NCBI GenBank assembly: GCA_002269645.1
Contig: NIVC01004995.1
Location: forward strand, 1 to 29,059
Length of the DNA: 29,059 bases
Origin: Macrostomum lignano
Lineage: Eukaryota
Reading direction: 5' to 3'
Shown here piece after piece: positions 22,622-29,059 of this stretch (within the stretch, counting starts at the first letter, position 1; the number at the start of each line of letters is the position of its first letter). Made by a program: the position numbers and the translations under genes. The notes beneath the pieces are model-generated. The model saw nothing but the letters and a program-made list of their open reading frames with translations, was not told the origin of the DNA and made no database searches.

Positions 22622-24774
22622 AGTCTACACACCCAGCTCTGGCCACCAGCAGTACCGACTTATTTACTGTACTAATGACTTGATTAGATTGCATCAGTTG
22701 TCATTCTCAAATTTGTCCTACTCGGTATTAGTATTAATAAAAATTCCTTACTTATCTTACTAATATTATTATTATCGTTTATTCATGCTTTCATGCTTTA
22801 TACGATTCCTTAAATTCATCAACACAAACTAAAATTTAGGTGTTGATTTGTGTTGTGTTTTCGGACAGCACAGATACTATTAGCTATTCATTTTTTATTA
22901 TCTAATCGTTTCTTCTCTGATGAAAAACGAAAACTATAAAATTTAGGATTTATTCGTTATTAGTCAACTATTCGTGTCTGTTGGTAAGGCTTACAATTAG
23001 ACTAACTTTGAATTAATGTATTGATCCGAGAGCGATTTATTGTACATGTCAGCTGGCCAGTTTTTGCGCAAGTGCAGGATTCAAAAGCAGTCATTTTTTG
23101 TTAACTATTGGCTAAAAGCTGCTATTAGGCTTCGAATCTGTAGTTCATCTGATTGATTAGTTTCACGAAATTATGCTTAATTAATCAGTACTATAATACT
23201 GATCTATTTGTCCGTCTCAGCAACTCTGCCATGAAACTTAGTCAAGCTAACAGCGTTGTAATCTGCTGTGATTTTATTAATTTTATTGTGTATTTATTAG
23301 TATGGCACTATTCTGTCAGTATATATAAACGTATACTATATATTATAATGCTATTTCTCAGCAGCAGGGCGCAGGTAACAAAACTGACAAATTGCATAAG
23401 CTCTACATTTTCCACAGTTTGCAAGTTTGCAACTTAAAAAATTAAACTACGAGTGTATGAATACGTGTAGAACTTTCGATAATTTTTGTCTCAATAAAAC
23501 TGCTTTTGGTAATTATTTTTGATTCCTTAAGACTTTGTCCTTTTTATTGCTTTTCTACGAGCATAAAGTGAATTTAAGATCAACGGAAATTATTATAGGC
23601 TGCATGCAAGATAACCCTTTGAAATTGGAGTCTTGGTGAATGTTGTACTTTGAAACCGAGTATTCAGCTCTATTCTTGTTAAAGCTTTCAGTTGAATACT
23701 GTAATGTAGCAGAGGCTCATCACAGAATCTACAAGCAAAGGCGTCGCCATGGATTTCATGGTGGAGAGGGGGCAAAGCCAAGAATTCTACATGTACATGT
23801 ATGACCATTTAAATTTCTACATGTACATTATTTATGGAATCTGTGTCAGCGACCATTTTAGCGACGCAGGTATACTCCCTTTGGCGCCGCAGGTACATGT
23901 ACCAGCTCATTGTGGTGGCGCGCAGGCGCTATGTTTTGTATAGCTGAAGCAAAACTATTGATTTCCATAACGGGTCACAAAGTGGGGTGGGGACAACGCG
24001 GTAGCAGGCCACATCATCTGTGCTTAGCCGTGGCTAACCGCAGACCGTTCTACTGGAGGCTGTTCATTCTGATGTTTCAATTGTACCCTCACCGGCATGC
24101 ACGTGCACTGTGTTTCATGCCAAATGCGTACGTGCACAGACATGAAGTCCTATAATTAAGGAGGATAACTTTCTTATACGAGCGTATTATTGGGTCAGAA
24201 GAGATTGGTAAAAATAGCTCGGAAAATGAAAGAAAATTGCTACAAGTCATGAGTGAATTGCTACTTTATTACTCCATAAATTTAATCACTTATTATCACA
24301 GGAGGAATGTAAGACCGGTTTTGTTGAGCCTAATTTTGTAGCCTTCAACAATTAGAATGTTTCGCAGCTTCGATATGCGCTACTTGCAGTAGAAACTATA
24401 GGACGTATAATGTTTTTTCGTACGAACACAACGCATCCGTTTTCGTATGAGGCTGTGGCGAAAATGTCAGATTAACTCATTTATACGTCAATTTCGCTAA
24501 TCCCTGTTCCATCTTTGCTTTCGTTTTCCGCTAATAACTATTTGAAGAATGATTTCGATTTATACATTACGAGTATATGCTTCGTGTATTGGCTTCTAAG
24601 AACAAAACATCTGAGTGTTACTCATAAATCAGATCCAGAGTCAGATGAATCTGACCTCCAACCCCTCGTTCAATTAAAACGGTTTTTTATTATTTACCTA
24701 AACCACGGGTCGGTAAGCTTTTTTACCTCAAAGCCCAGATAAAGAACCTATAGCGCATAACTGCGAGCCAGAGA

Positions 24775-24975
24775 GTAGGGAGAGAGAAGGGAGAGAATAA
24801 AGAAGAGAGACAGGAGAAAAGAAGTGAGGGAATAAAGGAGAAGAGAGGAGACAAGAGGAGGGGTTAAATCGAAGAGGGGAGAGAGAAGGGAGAGGAGAGG
24901 AGTGAAGAGTAGAGGAGATGTCGAGAGGCCAGATAAGAGAAGGATATGAGAGAGGAGATTCGAGAGGAGGGAGCT
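24775..24975 (+). repeat. AG-rich low-complexity polypurine tract
   Basis: Almost entirely A/G on the + strand. It produces the spurious Leu/Ser ORF 24748..24987. Confidence 0.9.
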
Positions 24976-25968
24976 GAGAAAAGACACAAACCTTGAGCGG
25001 GCTGGATTGCTTTTGTGTTAAGTTTCAAAGGGCCGGATAGAGACAGATTTCGCAGGCCGCATGTGGCTCTTTTCTTCTTTTGTCGGAACCCCATTCCTTC
25101 TCACTTTTTACCTCTACAGTGTATGTAATTGGAGCTTTGCTCACATCGCACCTCATTCTTTAATAGCAGTTTTGTATTTTGAATAGCAATTTTTATTATC
25201 CTACGGCATAGGTTCTGTTCTGATGCAGTGCTGATCGCCACGGCCTATAGAAATTTCTAGATACGGTCGAGCCCGTAGCTCTATAAAACTTTCGTTATTG
25301 TTTGTTACACTTGTTTCAATGCGTCTAAATGGGATCGCTGAGTTATATTTATATCATACAGCTTAAAGTACATCCGAAATGCATCTGAGTGGGTAGATAT
25401 TAATATGCTTTCTAAAATGCATACTAAATGGTCATGGTGTTAATAATTTCATTTCTGCATTTGCGCCTCAAAGCCAATTATTTAAATGCGCTTCCTTTAT
25501 TCATGCAGCGGGCCCTAAATCCCGCAGCCCTTTTTTGCGTGACTGTTGAAAATTTATGAATTAATATTTGGATTGAAATTAGGGGGGGATTTCACTGCAT
25601 GACTTGCTTTTGCAGCACTGCAGTTTCGAGTCAGGTCAGGAGTTGAAGGGTTTCAGAGAAGAGCGATTTTTCATTGAATATTTAGGCGACGAGCCTGGAG
25701 TATATCCAGGTGCTCGAGTCCCTTTGTATTTGAAACAATACCATATATGCAGTTTGATACAGGTAAGTTGAATGCAATCATATTTCATACGTAAGAACCC
25801 TTTCGAATTTTAGAAGACGCAATCGTATCAAGCTTAAGGAAAACGTCGTTACGAAGACAAAGACGTCATGTTAGTTTTTTTCACGAGTATCATTAGTATA
25901 GCGGACAAATAGATGTCGACAACTATAGTACATGAACTTCGATCTACTTTGGTCAACCTACCAAGGAC

Positions 25969-26557
25969 CAGGGGCGTAGCCAGGAATTTTGATTGGGGGG
26001 GGCCCGTGAGTTAGGGTGCGCCAGCTTCTTATAGGGGGGGGCGCCAGTTTCTTTTAGGGGGGGGGCGCCAGTTTCTTTTAGGGGGGAGCGCCAGTTTCTT
26101 TTAGGGAGAGCGCCAGTTTCTTTTAGGGAAGGCGCCAGTTTCTTTTAGGGGGGCGCCAGTTTCTTTTAGGAGGGGGGGGCGCCAGTTTCTTTTAGGGGGG
26201 GCGCCAGTTTTTTTTAGGGGGCGCCAGTTTCTTATAGGGGGCGCCAGTTTCTTTTAGGAGGGGGGGCGCCAGTTTCTTTTACCGGGGGGGGCGCTAGTTT
26301 CTTTTAGGGGGGCGCCAGTTTCTTTTAGGAGGGGGGGCGCCAGTTTCTTTTAGGGGGGCGCCAGTTTTTTTTAGGGGGCGCCAGTTTCTTATAGGGGGCG
26401 CCAGTTTCTTTTAGGAGGGGGGCGCCAGTTTCTTTTACCGGGGGGGCGCTAGTTTCTTTTAGGGGGGGCGCCAGTTTCTTTTAGGGGGGGCGCCAAGGCC
26501 AGAGTTGGTGATTATGGGGGGCCACGGACCCCCTTGCCCCCTCTGGCTACGCCCCTG
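25969..26557. mobile_element. Non-autonomous hAT-type element (MITE), 589 bp, with internal minisatellite
   Basis: Perfect 15-bp TIRs CAGGGGCGTAGCCAG (25969-25983) and CTGGCTACGCCCCTG (26543-26557). Perfect 8-bp TSD CCAAGGAC (25961-25968 and 26558-26565). An 8-bp TSD is characteristic of hAT. Confidence 0.9.
26013..26495 (+). repeat. G(n)CGCCAGTTTCTTTTA minisatellite, about 22 copies of 20-27 bp
   Basis: Counted directly. Variant order in units 7-13 is repeated in units 14-20. Confidence 0.95.
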
Positions 26558-26645
26558 CCAAGGACGACTAATATATAAGTATGTCTTTTAAAATTTAGTT
26601 ATGATAGCCAGGGTGTGGGCTATGTGGGTTAACACGAATGTATAC

Positions 26646-28052
26646 CAGGGGCCAATTTCATAAAGAAGCTACAAATGACACGTGACGAGCGTCAACGATT
26701 TTGGTCTCATAAATATGGGATCTTTATACGAGTATTAACGGCGCCCTCTGAATTTCCCATTAACGCCCTTGAAGCAGGGTATTACTATTATTGTGCCATA
26801 GACATTTGTGTCCTTGACAAAGTGGGACAAAATTAGCGGGCAGTTAATGATATTAACTGCCCGCTAATTTGCATTAGAGTAAGTTTGAAATAGACAATCT
26901 GGCGTTAAACGTCATTAACTGCCCGCTAATTTGCATTAAAGTAAGTGTGACTCCTGCAAGCGGGCTTAAATGTAGTCTATTGCATTAAAAGGCAAGAATA
27001 AGTGGCCAGCGGGCACAAAGGTCATGGTACAATGATATTAACTGCCCGCTAATTTGCATTAGAGTAAGTTTGAAATAGACAATCGGGCGTTAAATGTCAA
27101 AACGGCGTGTTAAACGGCGCCCTCTGATTTTCCCATTAACGCCCTTAAAGCATGGGTATTAATGTACTATTAACTGCCCGCTAATTTGCATTAAAGAAGT
27201 GTGACTCCTGCAAGCGGGCTTAAATGTAGTTTATGGCATTAAAAGGCAAGATTAAGTGCCCAGCGGGCACAAAGGTCATGGTACAATATTATTGTGCCAT
27301 AGACATTTGTGTCCTTGACAAAGTGGGACAGAATAATCGGGCGTTAAATGTCATTAACTGCCCGCTAATTTGCATTAAAGTAATACATGTACGTGGCATT
27401 ATATTTTAAACCACTTTAAAGCTCACTTTCAGGGAGGTTATTGACATAGATTTTATTTTGCAGGATTTAATCGATCACTTTCCTGGACATATTGCAAGGA
27501 TTATTGTATGTATCTAAATAAGCGAGCTTCTCTCTTCTCTTCCTTCGTGACTCGAGAAATTTCTTAATGAAATTTTGTCTATGTTAAGAATGTGGGGGCT
27601 TCGCCTCCACACCCCCATCCCCAACTTCAACCATAGACATACAAGTATGGCTCCGGGATTTATCTGAATGCATCCCGCAAAATTAAAGTAGTTTAAATAA
27701 GATATTCTATGTGATTAAATACTGGTAGAAGTTAAATGAAATACCGACCTCAAACCCATAGAATATCTTATACATATTAGGAAGGCAATACTGAAAGCTA
27801 CAAGTGTGGCCAGCCGCGACTTGTCAAAGCACATGACAAGAGGAAGTATTTTAACACAAAGGCGTCCATTTTAGTGCATGTCTATGGAACAAACCCCTGA
27901 AAAAGCGCTTATAATTTGTTAAATTTCGCTTGCCACCTGTCACTTGTCGAATTGTCAAGTTGGACCCGTTTTTTATGAAACGCATTATTTTGCAGAATTG
28001 CCACTTTTCACTTGTAATTCGTCCGACAAGTGCTTTATGAAATGGGCCCCTG
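26646..28052. mobile_element. Putative non-autonomous DNA transposon, PIF/Harbinger-like ends
   Basis: CAGGGGCCAATTTCATAAAG (26646-26665) matches the reverse complement of CTTTATGAAATGGGCCCCTG (28033-28052) at 19/20 positions, with weaker subterminal similarity beyond. No clean identical TSD, so the two ends could belong to different copies. Confidence 0.55.
26738..27385 (+). repeat. Mosaic of shuffled 50-120 bp modules anchored on TTAACTGCCCGCTAATTTGCATTA (5 copies), plus a 19-bp hairpin
   Basis: Core copies with ATTTGCAT at 26867, 26929, 27052, 27184 and 27368. Inverted arms 26830-26848 and 26852-26870. Confidence 0.9.
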
Positions 28053-28786
28053 AAGTCTAATAAATAAATTGCTATAGAACTCCAGCATTCGAGTGCAAAT
28101 TCATATGGACTTTATGAGATCATGTGATTCGGCAGTTGTACCAATATATCATTGCATTAATATATCATACCGGAGAACAGTGATTGACAGTTGAGCAAGC
28201 CTTAGAGAGGGGATTAATGCTTCTCAGTGATGCATACATCTTTCGTAATATCTGAAAGTTGCTGGTACACTATGTGCGCTGAATGGCGAAAAAAATTCAA
28301 AGACAATTCAATTGTCTGTCAAAATTTTGCTGCGAGCATTTTCTAGATGAATTTATCGTTCCAATAGGTTGAATAGCTAGACTGTTGAAAATGTATTCAG
28401 CGACAGTGAATCTCTTCAATAGCTTCTCGGGCACCGAGTGGCACGCTATTATGCACTGCATGCTTCTCGGCTAGAAGGCCTGAAGCCAGTACGAACCACG
28501 GTCCAATCAGGCGTCTCCAACCAAGTCAGGCGCCCAAAATTCACCGTTACAAGTGGCCCAGCATCTCTGCTCCCGCTCACCCCCTGCGCCTGACTCTGTC
28601 ACTGTTCTCCAGGCAAACTGTTGCTGACGGAATCTTGCCCTTCAAGTTCGGTACTTTCTGACAGCACGACGGTAAGTTTTGGCTTGATTTCATTCGAGTG
28701 ACCTGATCATATTTCTTTGCGTCGGATCCATTCCTTCCGAAGTTAGAACTTGTGCTCTTATTGCACTGCCAGAAATGATAAGATAG

Positions 28787-29059
28787 AATTGGTCTGACAG
28801 AATTGGTTTGACAGAATTTGTCTCACAGAATTGGTCCGACAGAATTGGTCTGACAGAATTGGTCTGACAGAATTGGTCTGACAGAATTGGTCCGACAGAA
28901 TCAGTTTGACAAAACCGGTCTGACAGAATCGGTCAGACAGAACCGGTCTGACAGAATCGGTCTGACAGAATCAGTTTGACAAAACCGGTCTGACAGAATC
29001 GGTCAGACAGACCGGTCTGACAGACGAAGGTCAGAACTGACAGAATCGGTCAGACAGAA
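28787..29059 (+). repeat. 14-bp minisatellite GACAGAATTGGTCT running off the window end
   Basis: About 19 degenerate tandem copies are visible. Confidence 0.93.

Noticed and set aside
23736-23773. Sequence resembling the left end of the hAT MITE (CAAAGGCGTCGCCATGGATTT...GGGGGC)
   Set aside because: No matching right TIR or TSD was found. At best it is an eroded solo end.
25025-25070. GGGCCGGAT...GCAGGCCGCATGTGGC, reminiscent of hAT/Charlie subterminal sequence
   Set aside because: The fragment is short, has no TIR or TSD, and rests on recalled resemblance only.
26853-27378. CRISPR-like array (24-bp conserved repeat with intervening sequences)
   Set aside because: Spacing is irregular (about 60-185 bp), the intervening sequences are themselves duplicated, the context is eukaryotic, and there are no cas genes.
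28611-28671. Possible small exon (CTCCAG|...ACG|GTAAGT)
   Set aside because: The splice signals look good, but there is no partner exon in the window and the peptide is uninformative.

Overview
Eukaryotic (invertebrate metazoan-like) genomic DNA with spliceosomal introns. No rRNA, intact tRNA or CRISPR array was found. Three multi-exon genes can be assembled by hand from splice sites with consistent phase: (1) a pentameric ligand-gated ion channel subunit (+, ~6.4-11.43 kb) whose Cys-loop lacks both cysteines; (2) a single-domain, secreted phospholipase B1-like GDSL/SGNH lipase (-, 13081-16387, 9 exons, 440 aa); (3) a zeta-type 14-3-3 (+, 20519-22621, 4 exons, 251 aa). Around them are a decayed P-element/THAP9-type transposase, a decayed mariner transposase, a CORE-type SINE, a hAT-type MITE with an 8-bp TSD and internal minisatellite, a Harbinger-like TIR pair enclosing shuffled octamer-bearing repeats, and several tandem arrays. 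Most long ORFs in the supplied track are repeat artefacts. The strongest candidate for new biology is the Cys-less channel, which has no visible signal peptide and a charge distribution suggesting inverted topology. Other leads are a nested palindrome with four GATA sites, five repeat-borne octamer motifs and a strong excess of TACATGTA. All alignments and counts were done by eye, with no database search.
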